Positions 14,049 to 27,413 of a stretch of 64,000 nucleotides of DNA are shown one piece after another; within the stretch, counting starts at the first letter, position 1, and every line of letters starts with the position of its first letter. Below the pieces are notes generated by a model. It was given only the letters and a program-made list of their open reading frames with translations, searched no databases and had not been told where the DNA came from. Made by a program: the position numbers and the translations under genes. Source of the stretch: Mytilus edulis (lineage: Eukaryota); contig NC_092348.1 of the NCBI RefSeq assembly GCF_963676685.1, positions 992,001-1,056,000 of the forward strand. Reading direction: 5' to 3'.

Positions 14049-16200
14049 TATTTGTTTGTTATTTTTTCCTTTAAAAAAATATGACTTTTTTTTTCATGGA
14101 GGCTGACATCTTGGATTGTACTCTGCAGTCGCAACGAATTCGTACCATAGAGAAATTTAGATATTGCTTTCCATAACTTACAATATCCATATTTGATATA
14201 ATTTGAATTTAAAAATGAGTTATTTAATAGTCTCTGAATTTAAAAAGTTTTCAGAGAAGATGGAGTTCAATGATTGCCTTTAAATTGAGACCACAATCGA
14301 CCGAAGTGTGTATGTAAAGCAAAATTATATCCGGGTGAAATTTGATCCGGAGGAAAAAATGTTACAGTAGTTGTTGTTATTTTTTTATCCGGAGGGAAAT
14401 ATTTCCCTGGGATATTTTTTCCTTTGCCGTGAAATTTTATCTGGGTAGTTAACTTATTGAATAGTTATTAGAAAAAACTTATCCTTTAAAAATGCTATGA
14501 AATAATAATAGTTGTGTATTTGAAATAAAGCGAAATTGTTAAAAAAAATGTATTATAATGGGAAATAATTTTACAAATTATCCTTGAAAAAATTTCCTGA
14601 AATATTCAAGTCTATCATCCTTTTAAAAAGAAAATTATCATAAGACATAGGGAAGAAAACAGAGAAGTAATTTCAAAGATCGTAATTGTGAAAATAATAT
14701 CATGATTTAATAAGGTTAGTGAAATACACGTAAAAGTGAGTTGTTTTCAGATCTCAGTACAAATATAAATTTAAAAGTAAGGTAGAAATATAGTTGCATT
14801 ACTACTGTTAACAGTAATAGAAGAATTTGATTATGATGATATTTTTAACTATATAAATAGTTTCGTCTGGGGACAGAGATGTAGTTGTTGATTATATGGA
14901 AATCAGATAAATCATAGCATAACAATATATTGGAACAAAAGCATGTTTAACAGCTGGATAGTTTTTACCTGTGAAATGTTATCTGTCTTATTAAATCAAG
15001 TTGTAAGTCATCTTCTTATATAAATGAATATATAAAAAATAAGATTCAAGGAAAAATTTCACTATAAAATAGATTCAGAAATATATTATATTAATATCTT
15101 TAAAATATAAATTGCTCATAATTACCTCCCTTTGATAAATTATGCAAATTTGGTCTACCTTTGTGAAACATTTTATAATTATAGTCAGGTATATATTGAT
15201 TGTGAGTAACTTACATAGTAGTTAATGGGACACTATTTCACACGGTTCTGTGAAATATAGTAAGGCAAATATATACCGGTATATACTATCCGCATAACAC
15301 AGATAGATTTTCACTCCTCTGGAAAAAATCAACCTGTGAAATACCATGCCTGGAAAAAAATTACCGGGACAAATTATCCTCAGGATAAAATATCACAGAG
15401 GAAGAAATAAACCGTTACATGTACTGCTGTTGGGTACTAGGGTGTGTTGTTTTAGCATTTTTATTGTACTATGTTTTAAAATTCAAATAGTAAATCGTTT
15501 TAACGAATTGTCATCTCCATTCATATTTTCATTCCATACATATATTGATATTAATAACTGATTATCTTAAATAGTATTCATTTAAAGCACTGATGGTTCA
15601 ATGAAAAATATTCAAAAGTCGAACAGATTCCATATTACGAAACAGCTGATTGCGAACTGACAGGATCTTAGAGAAAGGTAAAACTTATAAATACGCAAAA
15701 TAATTTTAGGAAAACTGAATGACATTCAAGTTGAAGAGCGTGGGATTAATTAAAACTGGCAGAGAACGTAAAATAAAGCTAGCTAAATAGTAACTAGTCC
15801 AAATAATTATGAAGTCTGGCAAGGCTATTTCATTTTTTATTTGGACTAAATAGCAACGATAAAAATTAAGGTTAGAATAATTGCAATCCTAACTTTTATT
15901 TATCAAGCATATTTAAAATTCGAAATTAAATAAGCTTTATTTAGAGTCGGTAAAAAACTAAGATAAAATTAGCTCTAATGACCCACTTGTACATGTATCA
16001 AATTATCTGCTAGTTAAGTACATGTCTATGTAGCGTTTGGCTTCATAATTAAATACCTTGCATTGCATTTTAAGTTAAACTTTAAGAATTTACAAAAATA
16101 ATATAGTTTTAATCCAAATTTAAATCAGTCATTGCCAGTATTCATTTTCTGGACGTAGTCAATCTTCATTATAAACCAATATTTACTTATCATGCTTATA

Positions 16201-16994
16201 GAATCCGGGTCCGTTCGCGCCCATTCATGTTCGCACCCACTCATGTTCGCCCCCTTTCACTTTCGCACCCTACATGTTCACACCCAAAGTCCGTTCGCAC
16301 ACTACATGTTCTCGCCCAATTTTAATTGGTCTTAGGTTTAATAACTTTGTAATCAAGTTTTGGCAAGTAGTATTCTTATAAATATTATTGTTTTCGTTGT
16401 CTCAAAATAAAGTGAGACACTATTTTTTATTGTGTTGAATAAATCTTAATTATGTTTTGGATAGTGTATTGTTAAAAAAAATATATTCCTTTCTAAATAA
16501 AGTGGGATTCTGTCAACGTTTTAATTTGTGTTAAAAATAACTCTTAATCATGTTTTGGTTAGTGTATTGCTATAACTTTGTTTCATTGACTTGTTTCAAA
16601 ATTAAGTGAGATTCTGACTACGTTTTTTTTTTTGTGTGTTCAATAAATTTTATCATGTTTGATCATCATGATCATGTTTTGGTTATAATAGTGTGTTGAT
16701 ATATTTTATTGTTTTATTGTTTCAGATCAAAGGGACCAAGCTGTTAAAAACAAATTTTTTTGTGTTTTCATTTAAAATCTTCAATCTTTTACTCATACCA
16801 AGTTATAATTACATTCAGTATTTACACGAAAGAAATTAGAAAGAACAATTATCATGATTTTCCAATTATTCAACTGGAATTTCAATTAAAATTGGGCGCG
16901 AACGTGTAGAGTGCGAACGGACCTTGGGTGCGAAAGTGCAAGGCGCGAACGTGTAGGGTGCGAAAGTATATTGGGCGCGAACGGACCTGATACC
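16201..16994. mobile_element. MITE with 9-bp TSD (Mutator/MULE-like), ~0.8 kb
   Basis: TIRs GGTCCGTTCGCGCCCA / TGGGCGCGAACGGACC with subterminal TTCGCACCC repeats inverted at both ends; TSD ATGCTTATA at 16192-16200 and 16995-17003. Confidence 0.8.
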
Positions 16995-17698
16995 ATGCTT
17001 ATAGCAGTTAAGGTTGAGCACTTAAGAAATACTGCTGTTAGCATGGACATTGAAAGAAAATAAATATTTTGATAAGCTTGCCTTATGCAATATTTCTTTG
17101 AACATGTTGAAAGATATACAAACAGTCTCCAATATCAAATCTCTTCTGTCATTTACTTTTCTCACCGAAAAGTTGGACCTTAGTTGTTGTCAAGCCCTGT
17201 AAGATCTGACATTCTGGAAGTATTGAGCTCATTCATACTGTTGTTGACCACCCTTGTCTCGCTCTTTTTGGAAATCATTGCATTCCCTCAGATTTTGTTT
17301 ATTACATGTACCTTGAGATTTAAACATTTGTTACATCATGAACATGGTAAAACTACTACAATGACTGCATGTTGGCTAAAATAGAGAGTTGCAATGTAAA
17401 AAAATACAAGAAACTGGGGTGATCTCAGGCTCTTCTGAAGGATAAGCAGGTCCTGGTCTGGTCATAATCCTATACCATGTCACAGATTTTAAAGACACTC
17501 TTTTGAATCCTTTCCAATCACAATTATGTTGTCTAAATATAAAACTACCACATTTGAAATATCCAGATCTAAAGATGTGAACAACGAAGGATATTCATGA
17601 TATTTAAACAGTCTTAAATGCCAGGGATTAGATATGCATCTGTCATAGTTTTGTCATTCAGTTTTCAAAAGTCTACACATAAAATCTGATAATATTAA

Positions 17699-20521
17699 AG
17701 GGAAAATTCACAATTTTTTACTTATGGTTTAAATATGTTCATTATGACATAATATATATATTCACAAAGTTTTATCGCTATATGTGCAGTAATAAAGGAG
17801 AAATTCAATATTTAATGAAAAAATATTAACTACTTCCTGTAGGTCGTGACGTTTTCTCCTGGTTTTTGCATGCCGGGATTTAAAATACAATCATTAAAAG
17901 TCTTGGTTTTTAATCATATTTTAACGTAATCGTAAGCGCGTCGATGACTTATGCTTTATCTAATAACCATCCGATAATAAGAAGATAAAACGCACATACG
18001 TTCAATTGTACATATTCATGAGATAAATTTTCTATGTTAAACGTATATATTCGAATTATTTTTGTAGACAACACAAAAAGTTATAAATTTATTTTTAATT
18101 AATGTATTTTCGGACTGATAAGGTGAACAAAGTAAAGTACAATAATCTGTAAAGACAATATGTTGGTGTACTCTTATTGACCTTTTACTATCTCTGCCAT
18201 GACTAGGTTGATACGATGTGTGTATTCACGGTTCTGTGGCAATACTCGTAGATATGGCTTGTTGAAAGGTAAATTGTTATTTGCACTTCAGTATTTAACC
18301 ACGCCTCTCGGGCACACCTTGCCAGGTGTGATTGTCTATTCGGATCAGTGAATTATAAGACCAGGGAGCATTCAATACACATATTTAAAATATATATTCA
18401 AGTTGGTGACAAATAAAAATTGATCGCCGTGGAATTATTTAAGTTAATTTACTAAGAAATACACAATTTTCGGTTAAAGACGGGAAACTTAATTCATATG
18501 TCCGATTGAAATGATTTACACCTTTTGTCCTTGATTGATGTCTAATAAAAAGGAGAACTTAGAAATTATAAATAGCTTTACCAAAGTATTTTTATTTGTC
18601 TTTATTAGGCAAATAAATGAATGAGAACACTCAGATTTAGACTTTTTAAAAGCCACGTACAAATTAATAACTGGAACTCACTGAAGATAACTCTACCGAA
18701 GCGGAATATAATATGAACGAATAAAGAAAAAATACTTTTGTACTTGAGAAGTTTTAAAAAATTGACAGCAAATTTAAGGTCTTCTTGGAATGGAATCGAA
18801 AAATTACGAATAGATATTCTTTATCGAGTGTGAAAAACGTCAACCAAATTTAATCATAATCGGGGACGTCCTTATTAAAATAGTCTTCGTCTCACAACGT
18901 ATAATACTTTTATATAACTATTTGACCAAAGATGTTTAAAAACAAAAGACAACGAATTTAATGTCATCTTTCCCTATTTTTGAATGTAATTATAAGTCTG
19001 TTCAACTGGCAAGAATATCCCTAAAGCGGACAAATATCTGACAAGCAGTTTATTCTTTAAATTTGCTGTCATTGAATATCAAGAAAGAAAATAAATCCCG
19101 AAAATGATTTGAAACTTTAATACTCAATAGCTTTCCTAGAAAATATTCACATCCCTCGGGGATTATTAGTGTACGTCCAGTTGCATATGTCGGAACATTT
19201 GTGGTGATGACGAATTTCTTTCTTTATTCGAGAACAATCTTATTGATATATAAATCTGTGATTTTACTATGTTCATAACTTCGATGAACCAAAGCAAGTT
19301 ATAGATCGACCTGTATTTAAATCAAATTGGTCCTCTTCTTCTTCTTCTTTTGGTATACAATAGTCTATCGAATTGGATTATTACATACTGTTGGTATACG
19401 TGGACTAGTCTATTTACAAAACTTTTACCCCAATTTGCACAAAATGTATGTTTCTTTCTTATGTTCAATGTATACATGTATATATTTTAAATTGCGCTGT
19501 AGTTCCGTAACTTTCTATCCGGGCGTATAAACGAATCGTCGACAAGTGCGCACTTTTTTTAATCAACATTTCTGGAATGATCCAACTATTGACAACGAGT
19601 AAATATTACATTTTCCCAGAGACATATAATACAATTATATGTCTCTGATTTTCCCAAATTAACCCTTGGAAAAAATACGTATATTTGTATATCTTCAATT
19701 TTTTTAAATTTTATTTTTTTTTGGTATCATTTTTATTTTTTATAAATAATATTCTTTACACCAGAAATTTTATTTATAAACAAGCGTATGAGTTAAGTAA
19801 TGACTAGTATATTATATCACTTTCGGACACGCAAGACAGAGATGTATATTATACATGCACCTGATAGTTCAAAATGGAAAGTTATAAGTTATTGGCCGTG
19901 TACACTGATCAATACCTACAGAAGTGAAACGATGCATGAACTTGCAAGCCCGACAGGAAATCGCTTGAATACCTGGACGTGTCACCTTACACCCCTCACA
20001 ATACCTTTGGGAGTAATACCTTAAGCCATGCGGGTGATCAGTGGAGCGAAGATCCTAATTTATTTGAATAAAGTATATTACTTAAAAGAATTATGAACGA
20101 ATTAGATTTTCGAAAACAATTTTCACGGAACACTTATTTATGATTTGAACTTTGACTTTTTAACTAATTCCAATATTAACAGTTTAAAAATAACAGACTA
20201 TATGGTTATTAAAAAAATAAGAACATTTTCCGAATCAAGTTAGTTAGTCAGATAAAACAACCGTACGATTGACAAGATATCGACACGTAATTACGACTAC
20301 ATCGGTTACTGTAGTTTTGTTTCTTTGTGGTTTATAGACATATCGTGATTTTTATTTGGACAAGATAACAAAATGGCGGAACGCAAAGAACTGATACTCA
20401 AAATTTAAAATCGATGCTGATCTCTTATCTAGCGGAATAAAACTTTAATATTTATAAATTTGAGCATTTTTATACAGAATGGACATAATATCAATTTTTG
20501 ATTTTTTTGCGAAGTTTCCCT
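17699..20521. mobile_element. Putative non-autonomous Kolobok-like DNA transposon (~2.8 kb)
   Basis: TTAA|AGGGAAAATTCACAA ... TTGCGAAGTTTCCCT|TTAA: imperfect TIRs, RR..YY termini and TTAA TSD; no transposase ORF seen. Confidence 0.55.
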
Positions 20522-21015
20522 TTAATGTTAAATAATTTTTTTCTGTAAAATATTAAATTTTGTAAATCAGTGAGTACAAGATTCTCTATAATTTTTTTCT
20601 ATTCCAAAATATCTTCTATTTCTGTGCAAGTTATTTTTCTTGAAAAAATGACACTCCTCATGGGGACCCTTTTCCTCTAATTCATGCATTCTGAAAAAAT
20701 GTCACTCCAGGTTTACAATCATGTTCTGCCAAATTGAATATAAGTTGTTAATCTTCAATACTGTTTTAAAATTATCAACTTTATTATCTCCTACAAGTTA
20801 TATACCTTGTTGGTGTTCCTATATCTTTCCCTTTTACATTATACATTTAGGCATTTGTTTCTATTTTGAATTGGTTATGATACTCACCTCTTGAATGGTA
20901 AAGTACCATACTTTGAGTTTGAATGATGTGATTATTTTGTTTTCTGATTTGCAGTAGATTATGGCTATAAGAGTAGCTGTTATGTGATTTTTATTCTTCT
21001 TATTGACAGAAGATT

Positions 21016-24000
21016 ATGGCTATAAGAGTAGCCGTTATTGGAGCCGGTGCTGCAGGGCTGTGTGCTGTAAGACATCTCACTGCTCGTCCAAATATTTTCC
21101 ATACTGTGTGTTTTGATAAAAACCCATCAGAAGGTGGGACATGGATATACACAGAGGAAACAGGCAGTGATAAATATGGTCTTCCTGTACAATCAAGCAT
21201 GTACAAGAACTTGAGGTATATAAAATCATATACATGTATATGAAATGTAATGATAATCTTCCTTTTTATCAGGAATTTTATATGGAAATGAATTAAAAAA
21301 ACATCCCTCTGTAAGGGGATATATATTTGTCATTTATACAAACAAACAAATATTTTACAAATCTGTTGAAAATGATATGATAGAAATCTATATGAGGAAC
21401 CTCTACCACACTTTTTTTTTTTTTTTCTGGAGGGTATCACCAGCCCAGTAGTCAGCACTTCTGTACAGTCTAGAGTTATCATTGATATATTTATAAATAT
21501 AAATTAATGGTTAACAAAACTTTTGAAATATTAAGGCTTTTCTACCTCAGGAATAGATTACCTTAGCTGTATTTGGCAAAACTTTAAGGAATTTTTGGTC
21601 CTAAATGCTCTTCAACTTCATACTTTATTTGGCCTTTTAAACTTTTTTTTTTAATTGAGCGCTGCTGATGAGTCTTAAGTAGACAAAAAGCACATAAATA
21701 TAAAATTTTCATCCTGGGGTCTTTGATGAGTTTATTTATTCAACCATATTCTTTGCACATACAGACCAATTAAACAAATGAGGATTCAAGATTCTGCAAA
21801 ATGGAGACTATTTTTTTTAATACCCTTTTTCAAGTAATTTTTTTCTGTCAGTACTATATCTTTCAACATTTTGTATGAATATGAAAAGTCACAGTAATCA
21901 AATTAACAAGTTATTTAAGATATTTTGTTGTTAATCAATATGAAAATTACATGAATTATAGAACTTAATTTTAGTCATATTCTCACAGAAGAAATGAATG
22001 TTCAGCTTAAAGATGCCTGTAACCATGGTAATTATTATTCAGTAGGTTTAATTGAAAAAGAATAAAGAGATGTGATATGATTTTGTATGAAACAACTATC
22101 CAAAAGAGGCCAATGGATGTGAAATAAACATTTACTATCACAAAAGGTTAACACTTCGGTCAGAAAACAGCTTTTCTATATATATTTTCAGGACAAATCT
22201 ACCAAAAGAAGTAATGGCATTTCCAGGTTTTCCATTCAGATCCTCTCTTCCTTCATTTATAAAACATGATGATGTGTTAGAATACCTCCAAGAATATACA
22301 AAACATTATGATCTCCACAAATGTATAAAGGTATATATTTATATTTATATTTATTGAGCACTTGTATAGATTACATTTAGGTAAATAAAATTGGTATGAC
22401 TTCATATATATATATAGATATATAGATATATCAGTTTTTTTACTACTTTGAAGATAAAAAAACATGTTGAGCTCAACATAGTGCACATCCCACCCATTCA
22501 AGAAATATACACCTACATATTCTGGGTACAAAATTATGGGCAGGTGTATAAATGAAAGTAAATTATAAGCATTGTATTCAACAGTCAATGCAACTCAGGA
22601 AAATTTCATAAATTGTGCACAGTGCATGAATCTAGTGTCGATCTAAAAATTATGATATTGTTAAAGAAATAGTAAAATTTGTTGTCATGTTCTATTTTGG
22701 ACCCCAAAAAGGTCTAAATGTTGGTGTTCCTTAATATTTCACTTTAAAAAAAAGTAGTTAAGAACTACTAATTTAATTGTATTTGATGAATTATAAAATT
22801 TTAATTCATTGTTGCTTATATTTCATGGAAACTAAGAAAATGTTTATATATATTTAAAAAAAAAAAAATGCTATTACATGTATTGAATTTGAAATATAAT
22901 TTATTTGATGTAGTTTGAGACTTTGGTACAACATGTCCGTCCAGAGGTTGATGGTGACAAAACACATTGGCATGTGTCATACAGTAATGTAGGACAAAGA
23001 GATGAAACAAAAACAGAAATATTTGATGTTGTTATGGTTTGTAATGGGTAAATTTTATTATATAAATTAACAGCATGTTGTATAGGGGGTCTCATTGGGG
23101 GGTTCTGATCTCGGATCCTGCTTACTGTTTTGTCAGATTCCCGTATCCCGCTTACACTATGTACGTAAGCAATTCTCATTTTTTTGTCATTTCCTGGGTC
23201 CCGCGAGACCTCATTTCCATGTTTTCATGCCATAATAATTTGACTTTCACTTGTCACGCTTACAAAAAATAGGCAATCCTGCGTCACGCTTAGACCCCAA
23301 TGAGACGCACTGTAAATATAGGGGATCTCTCACTACTAAACATGAACATCGTAATGTCTGGATCCTATCTGAGAACTTGTGGGATTTCTGTGTTTAATAC
23401 CAAACGGGTTACAGCTATTTTTCAGAAGGGTATTTGATGACTCTCCAACTAGTTGACTGTATTTAGTAGTACGACCTTAGTTGAAAGTATGAAGAGCTTG
23501 TAAATACTGTAAATCAACCTATTTTCGCGAGCAATTTATTTTAGTGATTTTCGCGAATAGAAAAACAACGCAAATATGTTATATATGGTTCGTTCCTTAT
23601 TGAACTTCAGAAAATCGCAAAATTAAATAGCCATGAAGTGGTCTAAAAGGAGTAAAACACGAAATTAAGTATCCACGAAAATAAGTTGGTTTACAGTATT
23701 TCATTTTATAGGATATACATTTTACATGAACAGAATATGATTCATTGTTCTTTCATACCAGCAGGAAGTTAGCATGACAATATTTAGAATATATTTTTTT
23801 TCCATACACAATGTTTTGTTATGATTATGTATCGCCAGTTTACCAATACATTGATGTGCACTTCAGAAATTTTTGAAGAGATATCTTTTAGACAATTGTC
23901 TGATTATAAATCATAAAACCAATGTATATCATGTTTATTATATATTTTTCAGGCATTATGAGGTACCACTTTATCCAAAAATTCCTGGTCTTGATGACTT

Positions 24001-25399
24001 TGAAGGGGAGGTAATCCACAGTCATTGTTACAGACATCCTGAACAGTTTACTGGTAAGAGAGTTGTCTGCCTTGGTGCTGCTGCTTCTGGACAGGACATC
24101 GCTGTTGATGTGTCTTCTTGTGCTAAATATGTAAGTAAATTAACATCAAACTTGACTGAAGAGACATTTATTGTGGAAATGGTCCATCTTGTTAAAGGGG
24201 ATATAAACAAGTTTATTTACTCCTCAATGTTTGATGTACTGCAGGGTAGGGGACCATCCTTTAGTGAGTTCACTCGCACTTCTAGTTTAACTGGCAAATC
24301 TGATTTTTTATTTCAAACAATTTTAAATATTAAAAACAAATTTTTTTATGTCAGCATGAGTAAAATTTAAATCTACATTTTTTTAATTTAAGGTTTGTCT
24401 GTTAAAGCATTGACATTATTAATAATAGTATTATATATCCTATATTTTCAGTTATACATGAGTCACAATAAAGCCGTGTTACAGACAGTTGATATTATTA
24501 ATAATAAATAGTATTATATCCTATATTTTCAGTTATACATGAGTCACAATAAAGCCGTGTTACAGACAGTTGATATTATTAATAATAGTATTATATATCC
24601 TATATTTTCAGTTATACATGAGTCACAATAAAGCCGTGTTACAGACAGTTGATATTATTAATAATAGTATTATATATCCTATATTTTCAGTTATACATGA
24701 GTCACAATAAAGCCGTGTTACAGACAGTTGATATTATTAATAATAGTATTATATATCCTATATTTTCAGTTATACATGAGTCACAATAAAGCTGTGTTAC
24801 AGACAGTTTTACCAAATAATGTTGAACAAAGACCTGGAATTAAACAACTGAACAAACATTCTGTGATATTTAAAGATGATAGTGAAGAGGAAATAGATGT
24901 TTTACTCCTGTGTACGGGCTATCTATATAACTTCCCTTTCCTGTCAGAGGATATAGGTTTACAAGTAGAGGAGGAGAGAATATGGCCTCTTTATAAACAT
25001 GTGATACACACACACTACCCTTCATTGTCATTCATAGGTATATTAAAGACAATTTGTCCATTCCCAGCGTTTGATATGCAGGTTAGGTTTGTAATAGCAG
25101 GAATTGATGGGTCTATGCCACTCCCATCTGAAGAAGAAATGAAAAAGGACATTGATAAGGATTTCAAACTTAGACTGTCAGAAGGACTACCTGTTAGATA
25201 TGCCCATAATATGGGTCCAAAACAATGGCGTTATAATGATGGACTGGCAGAAATGGCCAAAATTAAACCTCTTCCTCAAGTGGTTGAAAAGCTGTATGAT
25301 TATGTGCATGAAACTCGTGTGAAAGATATAGCTGGTTATAAATCTGTTAACTATAGTATTGAGGGAGACAAGGATATGTTTAAAGTTGTAGAAACATAA
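21016..25399 (+). CDS. Flavin-containing monooxygenase (FMO GS-OX / senecionine N-oxygenase-like), 5 coding exons: 21016-21215, 22192-22330, 22914-23047, 23953-24130, 24770-25399
   Basis: FAD motif VAVIGAGAAGL, GGTW, SSMYKNLR-TNLPKEVMAF, VMVCNGHY, FMO fingerprint FEGEVIHSHCY (FxGxxxHxxxY), NADPH motif GAAASGQD, DVLLLCTGY; canonical splice sites. Confidence 0.95.
23084..23311. mobile_element. MITE in FMO intron 3
   Basis: Inverted termini GTCTCATTGGGG / CCCCAATGAGAC. Confidence 0.6.
23507..23696. mobile_element. Tc1/mariner-type MITE with TA TSD in FMO intron 3
   Basis: TA|CTGTAAATCAACCTATTTTCG ... CGAAAATAAGTTGGTTTACAG|TA. Confidence 0.7.
24410..24808 (+). repeat. Tandem repeat (79-bp unit x5) spanning the acceptor and first 13 codons of the last FMO exon
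   Basis: TATATTTTCAG|TTATACATGAGTCACAATAAAGC repeated, with the AG ending at 24451, 24532, 24611, 24690 and 24769. Confidence 0.95.
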
Positions 25400-26384
25400 C
25401 AAAAAGTGTGCAACAGAAATAAATATATATATAATGTGTAAACAAGTGTGCAATATTTATATTTATATTTATATTTATATAAAGTGTGTAAACTACAGTA
25501 CATGTGTATTGGTAGATCTCATCTGCTGTTATTCAAAACGAAATTAAACAGTTTTAACAGGAGATTGAGTTTATATGCTTTGCCTACAAAAGTAACATTT
25601 AGTTTTCAAGATAATAGGCAAAAGAGAATATAATGTGGAAAATTATGATTTAAGGACACTTACTCATGAAATAGTTGATCATCACTTTTAGCAATGTTTA
25701 CCTATTTGTAGATATTATTTGCTGTTTAAAGTTTCTGCTATCTATTACCATTTCAAAATAATACATGTAAGTGCCCAAAAAATTGGCAAAAAAATCAGTA
25801 ATGAGCAATATCACCAATAAGGAGCTGATCATGAAATTCAGTATTTTGTCTTTTTTGTAGATCTTGTCTTGCTGAATAATTTAACTATTTAAATTGTCTT
25901 GTCATTTATTAATTAGCTTTATTTAAAAACTTGTCTTTTTATAAATACTTTCCAAAAAATACTGATAGAGTTATGCATTTTCACGTTCAAAATTAGAGCA
26001 GTGGTCCTTCCTTAAGACTCCAACATTAAGTGTTGACTGAAGTATATCAATAGGATTCAATGGATGTTCGATCTATCACTAATCAATCATCAATGATATC
26101 CTTGCAACAACTGTTGCAGTATGTGGAATGTTAAACATATTGTATCCGCATTACATTAATTTTTATTTGTATCACTAAATATATGCTTCAGTCGATAATC
26201 AAAATATATTAAATCAGCAAACTGTACCATTTTAAGTACATTTTTATGCAAATTACGAAATAAAAGAGAGGATGATTTCAATGCATATGACTTATTAATC
26301 ACACACCACTTTTTATGACTGTATATAGTAAATATGTAAGTGAAGAAGATATTTTGGTTGATGTAAAAATTTTAAGATATACGA

Positions 26385-27382
26385 TTGCCAACTCTCAAAC
26401 AGAAACCAATTGAAGTACGAATTTGATAATGTGTTCTGTTGTAATTCTGTTGCCAATGAGAACACTCTCAAACAGAGACCAATTGAAGTAAGAGTTGGTA
26501 ATGTGTTCTGTTGTAATTCTGTTGCCAATGGGACAACTCTCAAACAGAGGCCAATTGAAGTACGAATTTGGTAATGTGTTCTGTTGTAATTCTGTTGCCA
26601 ATGAGACAACTCTCCACCAGAGGCCAATTGAAGTACGAATTTGGTAATGTGTTCTGTTGTAATTCTGTTGCCAATGAGACAACTCTCCACCAGAGACCAA
26701 TTGAAGTACGAATTTGGTAATGTGTTCTGTTGTAATTCTGTTGCCAATGAGACAACTCTCCACCAGAGACCAATTGAAGTAAGAGTTTGGCAATGTGTTC
26801 TGTTGTAATTCTGTTGCCAATGAGAACACTCTCAAACAGAGGCCAATTGAAGTACGAATTTGGTAATGTGTTCTGTTGTAATTCTGTTGCCATTGAGACA
26901 ACTCTCCACCAGAGACCAATTGAAGTAAGAGTTTGGTAATGTGTTCTGTTGTAATTCTGTTGCCAATGAGACAACTCTCCACCAGAGACCAATTAAAGTA
27001 CGAATTTGGTAATGTGTTCTGTTGTAATTCTGTCGCCAATGAGACCACTCTCCACCAGAGGCCAATTGAAGTACGAATTTGGTAATGTGTTCTGTTGTAA
27101 TTCTGTTGCCAATTAGACAACTCTCCACCAGAGACCAATTGAAGTACGAATTTGGTAATGTGTTCTGTTGCCAATGAGACAACTCTCCACCATAGACCAA
27201 TTGAAGTACGAATTTGGTAATGTGTTCTGTTGTAATTATGTTGCCAATGAGTTAACTCTCCACCAGAGACCAATTGAAGTAAGAGTTTGGCAATGTGTTC
27301 TGTTGTAATTCTGTTGCCAATGAGACAACTCTCCACCAGAGACCAATTGAAGTAAGAGTTTGGCAATGTGTTCTGTTGTAAT
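26385..27382. repeat. Minisatellite, 73-bp unit, ~13-14 copies
   Basis: Unit AATTGAAGTACGAATTTGGTAATGTGTTCTGTTGTAATTCTGTTGCCAATGAGACAACTCTCCACCAGAGACC; accounts for the repetitive ORFs at 26313-27438. Confidence 0.95.
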
Positions 27383-27413
27383 ACATACTTGAACTTGTCA
27401 GCAGTAGTGTCTT

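Noticed and set aside
14313-15419. Possible TIR element (TGTAA...TTACA with CCGG-rich subterminal motifs)
   Set aside because: Termini are too short and degenerate and no convincing TSD was found, so it is not listed as a feature
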